Part shown: positions 38,156-47,234 of the stretch, in pieces | Position numbering within the stretch: the stretch's first letter is position 1 | Layout: each line of letters starts with the position of its first letter | Source: Candidatus Saccharimonadota bacterium | GTDB lineage: Bacteria; Patescibacteriota; Saccharimonadia; Saccharimonadales; AQU-01 | Reading direction: 5' to 3' | DNA length: 58,318 bases | Assembly (NCBI GenBank): GCA_037137935.1 | Contig: JBAXJI010000004.1 | Coordinates: forward strand, 1-58,318 | The notes under the pieces: model-generated | Database searches by the model: none | The model's input: the letters and a program-made list of their open reading frames with translations, nothing else | Told to the model about the DNA's origin: nothing | Made by a program: the position numbers and the translations under genes

Positions 38156-38920
38156 ATGAGCAAAACAATTACACTTATCGGTTTGAGAAAATTCAATTAT
38201 TTTATGGCGGCACTCCACGGCCTCCAAGCAGTCGCCTTACTGGCACTAAGTAAAAACTTTACTCTGCCTATAAGCGCAGGTTATTTGAGTTGGGACCAGG
38301 CCGCTATGAGAGTAGTGCCGCGGAGTACTGTGCTCTTTAACTTGTCACTGCCATTACTTATCGCCATGTTTTTGATTATATCGTCGGTTGCTCATATCAT
38401 AATAGCAACCGTATACAACAAAACTTATAACGAAAACCTACAGAAGGGCATCAACAAAGCCCGTTGGTTTGAGTACTCTATATCAGCAAGCATTATGATG
38501 GTTGCGATTGCATTACTAGTTGGTGTCTACGACCTAACAAGCCTAGTTATGATCTTCGGCCTTACTGCAATTATGAACTTGCTTGGACTTGTCATGGAAA
38601 TACACAACCAAACAACTACCAAGACTAACTGGGTTAGTTATTGGATAGGCTGCCTTGCAGGAATCATTCCTTGGCTAGTTATAGCATTTTACTTCTGGTT
38701 GTCAGCAAGCAAGGAAACAGCCGCGCCAGTATTCGTCTACGTCATTTTTATCTCCCTATTCATCTTCTTTAACTGCTTCGCAATCAACATGGTTTTGCAA
38801 TACAAAAAAGTCGGCAAGTGGAGTAATTACCTATACGGTGAACGTGCCTATATCATCCTTAGCCTAGTTGCTAAATCTCTACTAGCATGGCAGGTATTCG
38901 GCGGCACACTTCGTCCATAA
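38156..38920 (+). CDS. Heliorhodopsin
   Basis: Seven TM segments. Strong recalled similarity to heliorhodopsin 48C12: ..FNYFMAALHGLQAVALLAL, RWFEYSISAS (counter-ion Glu context), and KWSNYLYGERAYIILSLVAKSLLAWQVFGGTL (Schiff-base Lys in SLVAKS). Confidence 0.9.
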   Translation: MSKTITLIGLRKFNYFMAALHGLQAVALLALSKNFTLPISAGYLSWDQAAMRVVPRSTVLFNLSLPLLIAMFLIISSVAHIIIATVYNKTYNENLQKGINKARWFEYSISASIMMVAIALLVGVYDLTSLVMIFGLTAIMNLLGLVMEIHNQTTTKTNWVSYWIGCLAGIIPWLVIAFYFWLSASKETAAPVFVYVIFISLFIFFNCFAINMVLQYKKVGKWSNYLYGERAYIILSLVAKSLLAWQVFGGTLRP

Positions 38921-39132
38921 TAGTCTTTAAAAGCACTTGCACTATGGTGTATAATTAATTTAGCAATGGGAGCATGAACCGCAATCGTGGTCATAGTTCA
39001 CAGGCTTTATTTTTCAACTATAGGGCGGCATACTCCGGTCACTACCTCACCCTCACACAGCTAAACCTGTAGATATAGTAACCGAACGGTTTTACTTATA
39101 TCACTTTATCAGGAAGCTCACATTTAAAACCC

Positions 39133-39144
39133 GTTCAGCTGAAC
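39133..39144. promoter_or_regulatory. Perfect 12-nt palindrome GTTCAGCTGAAC in the leader of the three-ORF cassette (candidate operator)
   Basis: Self-complementary sequence 52 nt upstream of the ORF at 39196. A second arm-palindrome, AACCG-AA-CGGTT, lies at 39080-39091. Confidence 0.3.
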
Positions 39145-39195
39145 CAAATGGTCAGTTGTTCTCTTAAAGTCTACTAAATGTGAGGAGCTAGAGTT

Positions 39196-39456
39196 ATGAA
39201 TCAAACAATCAACAAGCAAATTTCGGTATTGTCTTATTATTTTTCCAGCGGCAACTGTGCGCGTTTCTTCCCTAAAAAAATTGAATTTGAAGGAAGCGAA
39301 CTAGACTTGATCGAATCTGGTCTTAGGTGCTTGGTCAAAAAAGGTCAAAGCTTTATTCAAATATTCAACATGAGTGACGGCAACAACGAATACCGCCTAA
39401 GTTTTGAACCAGACAACCGTGAATGGACTCTACTAAGCATGAAAGCTCAGGCCTAG
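39196..39456 (+). CDS. Small protein (86 aa), paralogous to the 39674 ORF; pattern reminiscent of DUF6504-type proteins that accompany ImuB-like polymerases
   Basis: RBS GAGGAG upstream. KIEFEGSELDLI...DGNNEYRLSFEPDNREWTLL. Confidence 0.55.
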   Translation: MNQTINKQISVLSYYFSSGNCARFFPKKIEFEGSELDLIESGLRCLVKKGQSFIQIFNMSDGNNEYRLSFEPDNREWTLLSMKAQA

Positions 39457-39459
39457 ACC

Positions 39460-39681
39460 ATGCAGCTCACACTTCAACTTGCGTCTAACAATAGCTGGGC
39501 ATTTGCTAAGTACCGTCGCTACAACTATCCAATCAATCCATCGTCTAATAGAAACATAGTCATCACTGCCTGTTCGCGTGAAGCAAAATTACTTGGAATT
39601 AAAGCAGGCATGCACTATGAAAAAGCCAAGACTTTAATACCAGAAATTAAAATATTCATAATCGGAGGGACCAATGTATGA
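39460..39681 (+). CDS. 73-aa protein resembling only the N-terminal segment of Y-family/ImuB-like DNA polymerases (catalytic Asp positions not conserved)
   Basis: NIVITACSREAKLLGIKAGMHYEKAKTLIPEIKIF resembles the ..VV.a.s.eA...Gv..GM....A..l.P.l.. segment of DinB/UmuC/ImuB. It starts 3 nt after the previous stop and overlaps the next ORF by 8 nt. Confidence 0.5.
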   Translation: MQLTLQLASNNSWAFAKYRRYNYPINPSSNRNIVITACSREAKLLGIKAGMHYEKAKTLIPEIKIFIIGGTNV

Positions 39682-39898
39682 CAAAACAAACACCGAATTG
39701 GCAGAAGTACTTAGACACTCCAGTCAAAACTTCCAGACTTTCAAAATCAAATGGCAAGGCGTCGACTACCACATCTCGAAAATCGTCTACAAACAGTCAA
39801 AGGGGACTCCAGCCAATAACTTTTGCGTTCTTGAGGCAACTGACGGATTGGCTATTTTTGAAATAGTCGCCCGTCAGCCTTGGCCAAAATACCACTAA
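39674..39898 (+). CDS. Small protein (74 aa), paralog of the 39196 ORF
   Basis: GGAGG 5 nt upstream. FKIKWQGVDYHISKIVY...FCVLEATDGLAIFEIVARQPW parallels ORF 39196. Confidence 0.5.
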   Translation: MYDKTNTELAEVLRHSSQNFQTFKIKWQGVDYHISKIVYKQSKGTPANNFCVLEATDGLAIFEIVARQPWPKYH

Positions 39899-39955
39899 TA
39901 TGAACAATCTACAAAACTCATTACAAATGACTAGTAATCTGTTATTCTATGTCAT

Positions 39956-40945
39956 ATGAATCTCTTTTCGAGTCTCAACCATGCCCCAGTGCACGACTAT
40001 CATGTACCGCTTTTTCTATATCTAGCCATGCTGGCCGTACTAGCATTTTACGCAGTTATCGAATTTCGACATTCAAAACACGATCACGTAATTAAGTTCA
40101 AAGAGGCTCTAAAGTGGTCACTTATATACATATTTATTTCGCTAGCTTTTTCGGTTCTAATATTTTTCTTGATTGGCAAACAAGCGGCTGGTGAATACCT
40201 AGCAGCTTGGGGAATCGAGAAGGCCTTAAGCCTCGACAACTTATTTATTATGGGACTGATTTTTACTGGGTTTAAGGTCAAGCCAGAATACCAACGACGA
40301 ATGCTCAATTACGGCATTGCTGGCGCAATAATCTTCAGACTTATATTTATCCTAGCCGGATTTGAGCTTTTGAGACGATTTGAGTGGGTGAGTATTATTT
40401 TTGGACTAATCCTATTAAGAGCATCCTGGAAGGCATACAAAGAGGCTCGTGGTGGTCATGATATTGAAGAAGAATTTGAAACCATTGAAGGACCGATGAT
40501 CCGACTCATGAACAAAGTTCTGCCTATATACCCAAAATTTGTCGGCCATAAATTAACAACCAAAATAGACGGAAAACGAATGCTAACCATGATGGCTGCT
40601 GTGATTATTATAATAGAGTTCACAGATATCATATTTGCTGTGGACAGCGTACCGGCGGTATTAGCAGTAAGCCCAGACCGTTTTATAGCCTACTCCAGCA
40701 ATGTTTTTGCATTACTAGGCCTAAGAGCTCTATTTTTTGTCTACGAAGCTGTCGCCGACAAGTTCTGGGCAATTAACTGGGCGCTGTCGGCTATCTTGGG
40801 CTGGATTAGCTTTAAGATGATAACCGGTCCATTCGGCCTACATATACCAATATTAATCAATCTTAGCGTTCTGTTTGTATTATTTTTCGGTAGCATGATT
40901 ATTTCTATCATATGGCAACCCAAGCACAAAAAAGCTAAAGCTTAA
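39956..40945 (+). CDS. TerC-family integral membrane protein
   Basis: KALSLDNLFIM, FAVDSVPAVLAV and an overall TerC/Alx-like topology. Confidence 0.88.
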   Translation: MNLFSSLNHAPVHDYHVPLFLYLAMLAVLAFYAVIEFRHSKHDHVIKFKEALKWSLIYIFISLAFSVLIFFLIGKQAAGEYLAAWGIEKALSLDNLFIMGLIFTGFKVKPEYQRRMLNYGIAGAIIFRLIFILAGFELLRRFEWVSIIFGLILLRASWKAYKEARGGHDIEEEFETIEGPMIRLMNKVLPIYPKFVGHKLTTKIDGKRMLTMMAAVIIIIEFTDIIFAVDSVPAVLAVSPDRFIAYSSNVFALLGLRALFFVYEAVADKFWAINWALSAILGWISFKMITGPFGLHIPILINLSVLFVLFFGSMIISIIWQPKHKKAKA

Positions 40946-41067
40946 CACGAACTATAGCTTAAACTACTTGACGCTAGAAAATTGCAACATACGCTTGCCG
41001 AAAAGTAGCGTCTTGGTGGATAATGATTAGTGTTCTATTGAAAGCGATAAATTAATTAGGGGGCTGT

Positions 41068-41319
41068 ATGTCGAAGATTACAATTTATAGCACTGCAACT
41101 TGTGTCTACTGCAAAATGCTCAAAGACTATCTTACAAAGCATAAAATCAAATACACCGAAAAGCACGTTGACCAAGATCAGAAGTTGGTGCAGGAGCTCA
41201 TGGATAAGAGCGGGCAACTTGGCGTACCATTCACAGTTATCGAAAACGATGACGAAACGTCTAGTACAATTCTAGGATTCGACAAGTCAAAGATCGATCA
41301 AATACTCGGTCTGGCATAA
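41068..41319 (+). CDS. Glutaredoxin/NrdH-like small redoxin
   Basis: ITIYSTATCVYCKMLKDYL (CxxC) and GQLGVPF. Confidence 0.8.
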   Translation: MSKITIYSTATCVYCKMLKDYLTKHKIKYTEKHVDQDQKLVQELMDKSGQLGVPFTVIENDDETSSTILGFDKSKIDQILGLA

Positions 41320-41342
41320 AAAATTAATTCAGGAGGTCAAAA

Positions 41343-41645
41343 ATGAAGGCTATTTGGAACGGAGTAGTTATCGCAGAAGCGCCCAGAGAAGAATTAATTT
41401 ATATTGAAGGCAATCTGTATTTTCCGCCTTCTGCCGTCAACAAGGACTATTTTACAGCAAATGACTTTCATACAACCTGCCCATGGAAGGGTGAGGCCAG
41501 CTATTATGACGTTGAGGCTAACGGCAGCAAAAACGCCAATGGAGCCTGGTATTATCCGCAACCAAAGTCAGGGGCTATAGAAAAAGTCAAAAAAGACTTT
41601 AAGAATTACATAGCTTTCTGGCAGGGCATAACAGTTGAAGAATAA
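41343..41645 (+). CDS. DUF427 domain protein
   Basis: KAIWNGVVIAEA...IEGN.YFP...V......S...T.CPWKG.ASYY pattern. Confidence 0.8.
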   Translation: MKAIWNGVVIAEAPREELIYIEGNLYFPPSAVNKDYFTANDFHTTCPWKGEASYYDVEANGSKNANGAWYYPQPKSGAIEKVKKDFKNYIAFWQGITVEE

Positions 41646-41686
41646 GCTTTGTCTATCTTTCTGTAAATAAACTATACTAGGTATAA

Positions 41687-42295
41687 ATGGCCGACCATAA
41701 ATTAAAAAACCAACAACCCTTTAGTCACAAACTTGATTTGTGGCTAAAAAGTGACAGCCCAAAAACCCTGTCTGCTATGAACGATGTTTTTGCGGAAAAA
41801 AGCTTTGCCATCTCTTTTCTGCTATTAATGTCTATACCGGCGCTACCGATACCTACGGGCGGTATAACGCATGTGTTTGAAGCGATTACCATGTTATTAG
41901 CGCTCGAACAAATTATTGGCATGCGGACCATATGGACGCCTAAGTCTTTAGGCAAAAGAGAAGTTCCAAAGGCTGTAATCAAAAAAGCTCTGCCTTTTTT
42001 AATCCGACGAATCAAGTGGTTCGAAAAGTACTCTCGCCCTAGATTCAGCAAATTCTTGGCCAATCCTTTAGTTAATTCAATGTTTGGTATTATTATTTTT
42101 GCACTAGCACTCACAGCAATAACGGCCATACCTTTTAGCGGACTAGATACGCTGCCTTCGCTAGGAATCGTCTTCATTTCACTAGGGCTCATACTTGAAG
42201 ATATTGTTGGCGCGCTCGTAGGCATCCTAATAGGATTAGCCGGCGTAGCGGTAATATTTGGCCTAAGTCAGATTATAATTAATCTAATACCCTAA
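41687..42295 (+). CDS. ExoD-like exopolysaccharide synthesis membrane protein
   Basis: Topology plus ..FAISFLLLMSIPALPIPTGGITHVFE.. resemble the ExoD family. Confidence 0.55.
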   Translation: MADHKLKNQQPFSHKLDLWLKSDSPKTLSAMNDVFAEKSFAISFLLLMSIPALPIPTGGITHVFEAITMLLALEQIIGMRTIWTPKSLGKREVPKAVIKKALPFLIRRIKWFEKYSRPRFSKFLANPLVNSMFGIIIFALALTAITAIPFSGLDTLPSLGIVFISLGLILEDIVGALVGILIGLAGVAVIFGLSQIIINLIP

Positions 42296-42828
42296 AACTC
42301 GTAAACAAACCAATGGTGTCTTTTAATTATTGGCTTTCGTATAGGCAATTTAAATATATAGCTAACAAATTTAGTGCCTGGCTTCAATTCGCTATCAAGC
42401 TTAGACTCCAACTTTTCCATAAAACGAGGTGTCAAAAAAGTCATAACTACATCAGCATCCGACAAGTCACAACTCCAGAAGTTGCCTAGGTAAACATGGG
42501 CAGATTTATATTTATAATTCCTAAGCCAAGCGATAAGCCACATCAATGGATTAATCTCGTAACCAATCGCAGTTGCACCCATTTTGGCGGCCTCTGCAAC
42601 GAATCGTCCATCACCGCAACCTAGCTCATAAAACACATCGCCCGACTTTAGACGACTATCTTTAATTACTTTTTTTAGATCTTTCTTGAATGCAGGAACC
42701 CAAGGTGCACCCAAAGGTCCTGCCACAGCAAATCCAGCTAATATGATAAAGAATACTCCAAAATAGATATAGATTTGCATGAATTTATGTACATTATATA
42801 GGCGTCGGTATATGATTGGAAGTATCAA
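42292..42828 (-). CDS. Membrane-anchored class I SAM-dependent methyltransferase
   Basis: VFYELGCGDGRF (motif I), plus an N-terminal TM segment. Confidence 0.75.
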   Translation of the reverse strand: MILPIIYRRLYNVHKFMQIYIYFGVFFIILAGFAVAGPLGAPWVPAFKKDLKKVIKDSRLKSGDVFYELGCGDGRFVAEAAKMGATAIGYEINPLMWLIAWLRNYKYKSAHVYLGNFWSCDLSDADVVMTFLTPRFMEKLESKLDSELKPGTKFVSYIFKLPIRKPIIKRHHWFVYEF

Positions 42829-42837
42829 ATCTAGCTT

Positions 42838-44214
42838 ATGTTAAACAAAGACGAATTAACCACTGAAGTAAACGAGATAAAAACCAGAGTTGGGGATTCT
42901 TTAGCATCACAAAAAGCTGTTGGTGTTATGGCTACAGGACAAGTTATCAAGACCGCTCAGGAAGTAAAAAGCTACTGGAACAAGCTAGGACCAGGACTAA
43001 CAACTGGCGCCTCAGATGACGACCCTTCAGGAATAGCTACTTACTCCCAAGCTGGAGCAAGATACGGATTTCAACTATTGTGGCTAGCAGCCTTTACTTT
43101 TCCGTTAATGTCAGTTGTGCAAGAAATGTGCGCCCGTATCGGACTAGTTACTGGCAGGGGATTAGCCGGCACAATAAGATTACACTTTTCAAAAAAACTA
43201 CTCTACACAGTTAGCCTATTATTATTTGTGGCAAATGCTTTTAACATTGGAGCCGACCTTGGTGCTATGGCTAAGGGTGCGCAACTAATCAATGAGGGGT
43301 GGAATTTCTACATGCTAGTTATCGGATTTTCCGCGATTAGTTTGGCTCTACAGGTTTTTACTCCTTACGACAAATACGCACGATACCTAAAATGGCTAGC
43401 TATGGTCTTGCTGGCTTACGTAGCGTCGGCAATACTAGCGCACTTAAATTGGTCAGACGTTATGCATAATGCATTTATACCTCATATAAAATTCAACAAA
43501 GACCAACTCCTAATTATTTGCGGGGTGCTTGGTACGACTATTTCACCTTATTTATTTTTTTGGCAGACCTCACAGGAAGTAGAAGGCGAAATATCATTAG
43601 GCAAAACATCTATAGTGTCACGCCGTGGTGCCACTAAATCTGAAATTAAAAACATGCGTATAGATGTCTGGTCTGGAATGTTTTTGTCTAATGTAGTCAT
43701 GTTCTTCATAATTGCTGCTTGTGGCGCCTTACTGTTTGGTAACGGTATAACCAACATCACTACAGCCTCGCAGGCTGCAGAAGCATTAAGGCCTTTCGCA
43801 GGCGATGCCACCTACTTCTTATTTGCAGTGGGCATCATAGGCACAGGACTACTTGCGATACCCGTATTAGCAGGTTCTAGCTCGTATGCCATCGCAGAAA
43901 GCTTTCAGTGGAAGGAAGGCCTCAGCCGTAAACTACGCCAAGCCCAGGCCTTCTACGCAACGATATTCTTGTCGATGTTGATAGGACTAGGCATCAACTT
44001 TATTGGCATCGATCCTATCAAAGCGCTTATCTATTCTGCAGTCTTTAATGGTATTATCGCACCACTAATACTTCTGCCAATTGTTTTAATCAGCAGCAAT
44101 CGCAAAATTATGGGCGAGTGGACTAACCATAAACTAACGACGTTAATTGGCTGGATGGTAGTTGGAATAATGACTATTGCAGGCGTGGCAGCAATAATTG
44201 CAATAGTGCTTTAG
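42838..44214 (+). CDS. mntH: NRAMP-family divalent metal cation transporter
   Basis: GPGLTTGASDDDPSGIATYSQAGA and about 11 TM segments. Confidence 0.9.
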   Translation: MLNKDELTTEVNEIKTRVGDSLASQKAVGVMATGQVIKTAQEVKSYWNKLGPGLTTGASDDDPSGIATYSQAGARYGFQLLWLAAFTFPLMSVVQEMCARIGLVTGRGLAGTIRLHFSKKLLYTVSLLLFVANAFNIGADLGAMAKGAQLINEGWNFYMLVIGFSAISLALQVFTPYDKYARYLKWLAMVLLAYVASAILAHLNWSDVMHNAFIPHIKFNKDQLLIICGVLGTTISPYLFFWQTSQEVEGEISLGKTSIVSRRGATKSEIKNMRIDVWSGMFLSNVVMFFIIAACGALLFGNGITNITTASQAAEALRPFAGDATYFLFAVGIIGTGLLAIPVLAGSSSYAIAESFQWKEGLSRKLRQAQAFYATIFLSMLIGLGINFIGIDPIKALIYSAVFNGIIAPLILLPIVLISSNRKIMGEWTNHKLTTLIGWMVVGIMTIAGVAAIIAIVL

Positions 44215-45447
44215 CTATTCATATCTTAGGGCTTCAATAGGGTCTTTGCGCGCCGCCCTAACAGCTGGAATAACTCCAAAAACTATACCTAAAGCTATAG
44301 AAACTCCAGCAGAGATCAAGACTACTTCTAAAGATATTACTGGATTCAAATGCGTTACTATTCGTAGCACCGCATTAACGACAAAAGCCAGGCCTATACC
44401 AATTGCACCACCAGTAGAACTAAGTATCGTGGCCTCGACAAAAAACTGCTCTGATATTTGACGATTCGTAGCGCCGATAGCTTTTCTAATTCCAATCTCG
44501 CGAGTTCTTTCGGTCACAGAAACAAGCATTATATTCATAATACCAATTCCACCTATTAGCAGAGACATGGCAGCAACTCCAGATATAAACGCCGTAAATA
44601 CTTTTAGAATATCGCTAACAACACTCAGATTTTCGTCCTGTTTTAATACTGTAAAGTCGTTTTGACCGCCATGAGCTAGCGTCATCTTCTTATTTATTGA
44701 TGCTATTGCGGCCGTAGTCTGGTCGACGCTTTCAGGACGTACAAGAACCTGCGCTAATTGATTGTGTCCAGTCAGCTCTTGACCTGCGGCATAAGGCATA
44801 GCAATTGCCTGATTCAAATCTGTGCCGTAAGCTAGTGGACTATAGTTAAATTCTTCAAAGACACCAATTACTACAAATTCAGTGCCCCTAATAGTGAGGG
44901 TTCGACCTATCGGCACATTCTCGGCGAATAAATTCTCGGCAACTCGTTTACCAATTACGACGACATGCTTATTAGAATCTGTATCGTCAAAAAATACTCC
45001 ATGAGTAATTGTTTGCTTTAGCATGGCGGGGAACTTATCGTTTGTGGCAATTACCAGGCTTTGATTGTACTGAACGTCGTCCAACTTAACTCCGCTATTA
45101 ACTAGGCCTATCGGAACGACAGTTTTTACACCGCTAGATGATTTAATCGTCTCAAGATCTGAATCACTCATACTCCCGCTACCAAATGCAAAATTACCGA
45201 TCTGATTAACTTTCACAATATTGCCGTTTTTATCACGAGTAACCAAATTACCGGGTCGTACCGAGATCAAATCACTGCCAAGTAAGTTAATCTGGCCAAC
45301 GACTTGTCGTTTTACGCCCTCACCAATACTGACTATTGTTATCACTGACAAAACACCAAGAATCACACCTGTCATAGTCATTAAGCTACGCCATTTAGAA
45401 TATTTAAGACTTTGTGCTGCAGATCTTATATTGCGGGTGATTGACAT
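44215..45447 (-). CDS. ABC transporter permease, MacB/FtsX type
   Basis: N-terminal TM segment, a large periplasmic-type domain, and a C-terminal FtsX domain (ERTREIGIRKAIGA). Confidence 0.88.
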   Translation of the reverse strand: MSITRNIRSAAQSLKYSKWRSLMTMTGVILGVLSVITIVSIGEGVKRQVVGQINLLGSDLISVRPGNLVTRDKNGNIVKVNQIGNFAFGSGSMSDSDLETIKSSSGVKTVVPIGLVNSGVKLDDVQYNQSLVIATNDKFPAMLKQTITHGVFFDDTDSNKHVVVIGKRVAENLFAENVPIGRTLTIRGTEFVVIGVFEEFNYSPLAYGTDLNQAIAMPYAAGQELTGHNQLAQVLVRPESVDQTTAAIASINKKMTLAHGGQNDFTVLKQDENLSVVSDILKVFTAFISGVAAMSLLIGGIGIMNIMLVSVTERTREIGIRKAIGATNRQISEQFFVEATILSSTGGAIGIGLAFVVNAVLRIVTHLNPVISLEVVLISAGVSIALGIVFGVIPAVRAARKDPIEALRYE

Positions 45448-45448
45448 G

Positions 45449-46327
45449 TTACTTCTTTATCCGTTTCATGCTTTTTGATCGACTAGTTGGCTTCTTGGCT
45501 TTTGCACGAGGCTTTTTGGTGGTGTGTTTGGTCGGGATAGCCTTCATCAGAGCTGACACTCCAGCCAAATCATCTTCTTCAGTCTTGCGCTGGAATAAGT
45601 TCAACGCTTTTCTTGCCAGTTTTGGCACTTCGCCAATTGGTGTGTTCTCGTCATGAACTATGACGCCGTCATGCATGTAGACAACTCTATTAACATATCT
45701 TGTCAGTTCAGGATTATGGGTAACTAGCAAAATAGTATTGCCCAGTTTATGAATGTCACTCAGTAACTCCATAACAACTCTACTAGATTCGCTGTCAAGG
45801 TTACCCGTCGGCTCGTCTGCAATAATAATATCCGGGCTATTAACTAGGGCCCTGGCGATGGCAGCTCTTTGCGTCTGGCCACCACTTAAATGCTTTGGTA
45901 GATAATACTCGCGGTCAGACAAGCCAACTCTTTCCAGCAGGGCAGAAGCAGTCTTTATTCTTTTATTAGCTCCAACACCCTTATATACCAAGGGAAGAGC
46001 AACGTTCTCTAAAACATTAAGCCTTGGTAGAAGGTTAAATGATTGAAAAACATAACCTACGCGGTCACGACGGATTTTTGCCAATTGATTTGTCCTAAGC
46101 CTTGAAACATCTTTACCACCTAATTTATAACTCCCGTAAGTAGGCCGATCCAATAGTCCAATTAGGTTCATTAGCGTCGACTTACCGGACCCGCTAGGAC
46201 CCATAATTGCTACGAATTCACCTTTTTCGATAACCAAATCAATTTCGTCTAAAGCCAAAGTAGTAGCATCACCAAATCCAAAAATTTTACTTATTTCTTT
46301 GAGTTCAATTATTGGCACGGAATGCAA
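45449..46327 (-). CDS. ABC transporter ATP-binding protein (MacB/LolD type) with about 60-aa Lys-rich C-terminal tail
   Basis: GPSGSGKSTL, LSGGQTQRAAIARAL, IIADEPTGNLD; the tail reads ..KHTTKKPRAKAKKPTSRSKSMKRIKK. Confidence 0.92.
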   Translation of the reverse strand: MHSVPIIELKEISKIFGFGDATTLALDEIDLVIEKGEFVAIMGPSGSGKSTLMNLIGLLDRPTYGSYKLGGKDVSRLRTNQLAKIRRDRVGYVFQSFNLLPRLNVLENVALPLVYKGVGANKRIKTASALLERVGLSDREYYLPKHLSGGQTQRAAIARALVNSPDIIIADEPTGNLDSESSRVVMELLSDIHKLGNTILLVTHNPELTRYVNRVVYMHDGVIVHDENTPIGEVPKLARKALNLFQRKTEEDDLAGVSALMKAIPTKHTTKKPRAKAKKPTSRSKSMKRIKK

Positions 46328-46483
46328 TCCTTTTATGTTTATCGTTTGGCTTATAAAAGGCGCACCCGTTTTTGCGAGTACACCTAAGTATTACAATTAT
46401 ATGTTACTCTGTTGGGTTGAATATTCAAGGGTAAAATGGAAATTAAAATATTAGATCTAATCTGTTACAATATTGACTACAAT

Positions 46484-46573
46484 GGAGAGGTCGCATAGTG
46501 GCCTAGTGCGCCGTCTTGGAAAGGCGGTATGGGGGTAACCTCATCGAGGGTTCAAATCCCTCCCTCTCCGCCA
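46484..46573 (+). tRNA. tRNA-Ser (anticodon GGA), long variable arm, CCA encoded
   Basis: Acceptor GGAGAGG/CCTCTCC, anticodon stem CCGTC/GGCGG with loop TTGGAAA, T arm GAGGG-TTCAAAT-CCCTC. Confidence 0.93.
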
Positions 46574-46671
46574 AAATATAATGCTTGCGCTTAAATTATT
46601 GTCGTTGTAAAATACGAGGGTATTAGCTAAAAAAATATATAGCAAACTAAGAAAGGGTGGGCATTAAAATA

Positions 46672-47130
46672 ATGAAGATTCAAAGAAAAGAACAGGGCTT
46701 TACGATCGTCGAGCTCTTAATCGTAATCGTCGTAATCGGCATCTTGGCACTACTAGTAATCACTACTTTTACAGGTATTCAACAAAAGGCACGAAACACT
46801 GAGCGCACAACAGACGTTACCGCTATTGCGTCGCACCTTGAAGCCTACAACGCAATAAACGGATACTACCCGACACTAGCAAACATGAATGACGCAACAT
46901 TCCGCACAGACAACCTTAAAGGTTTGGATGTAGCTGCTTTTGCCGATCCAAAAGCACCAACCGTGCAAACGCTTAGCGCTACAGCAGGGGCCAATGTATA
47001 CTCATATGTTCCACTAACTACTGCAGGCGCTGCTTGTACTAACGTCACTGGTTCTGAGTGTGCATCATTTACTCTAACAGCTACAAACGAAACCTCACCA
47101 GTAACTACGTTCACAAAGAAAAACCTTTAG
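46672..47130 (+). CDS. Type IV pilin (prepilin-type N-terminal cleavage/methylation domain)
   Basis: KEQGFTIVELLIVIVVIGILA class III signal. Confidence 0.85.
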   Translation: MKIQRKEQGFTIVELLIVIVVIGILALLVITTFTGIQQKARNTERTTDVTAIASHLEAYNAINGYYPTLANMNDATFRTDNLKGLDVAAFADPKAPTVQTLSATAGANVYSYVPLTTAGAACTNVTGSECASFTLTATNETSPVTTFTKKNL

Positions 47131-47155
47131 TAGGCAAACAATAATAATTAAAAAA

Positions 47156-47177
47156 GACCCGCCACCGGGTCTTTTTT
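47156..47177. terminator. Bidirectional rho-independent terminator
   Basis: AAAAAA-GACCCG-ccac-CGGGTC-TTTTTT between the pilin gene (+) and pyrH (-). Confidence 0.8.
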
Positions 47178-47234
47178 AATTATTATTGAAAGCAGATTTT
47201 AATAGTTCAAACTGAGACACAATTAAACGACAGC

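Noticed and set aside
39678-39866. An alternative 62-aa ORF starting 4 nt after the 39674 ATG. It also has acceptable spacing to the GGAGG.
   Set aside because: Its translation is Ser/Thr/Lys low-complexity, whereas the 39674 frame gives a protein paralogous to ORF 39196. It is kept only as a caveat on start and frame choice.
39899-39955. A yybP-ykoY (Mn2+) riboswitch upstream of the TerC-family gene.
   Set aside because: The intergenic space is only 57 nt, too short for the roughly 100-nt four-helix element, and no conserved motif was seen.
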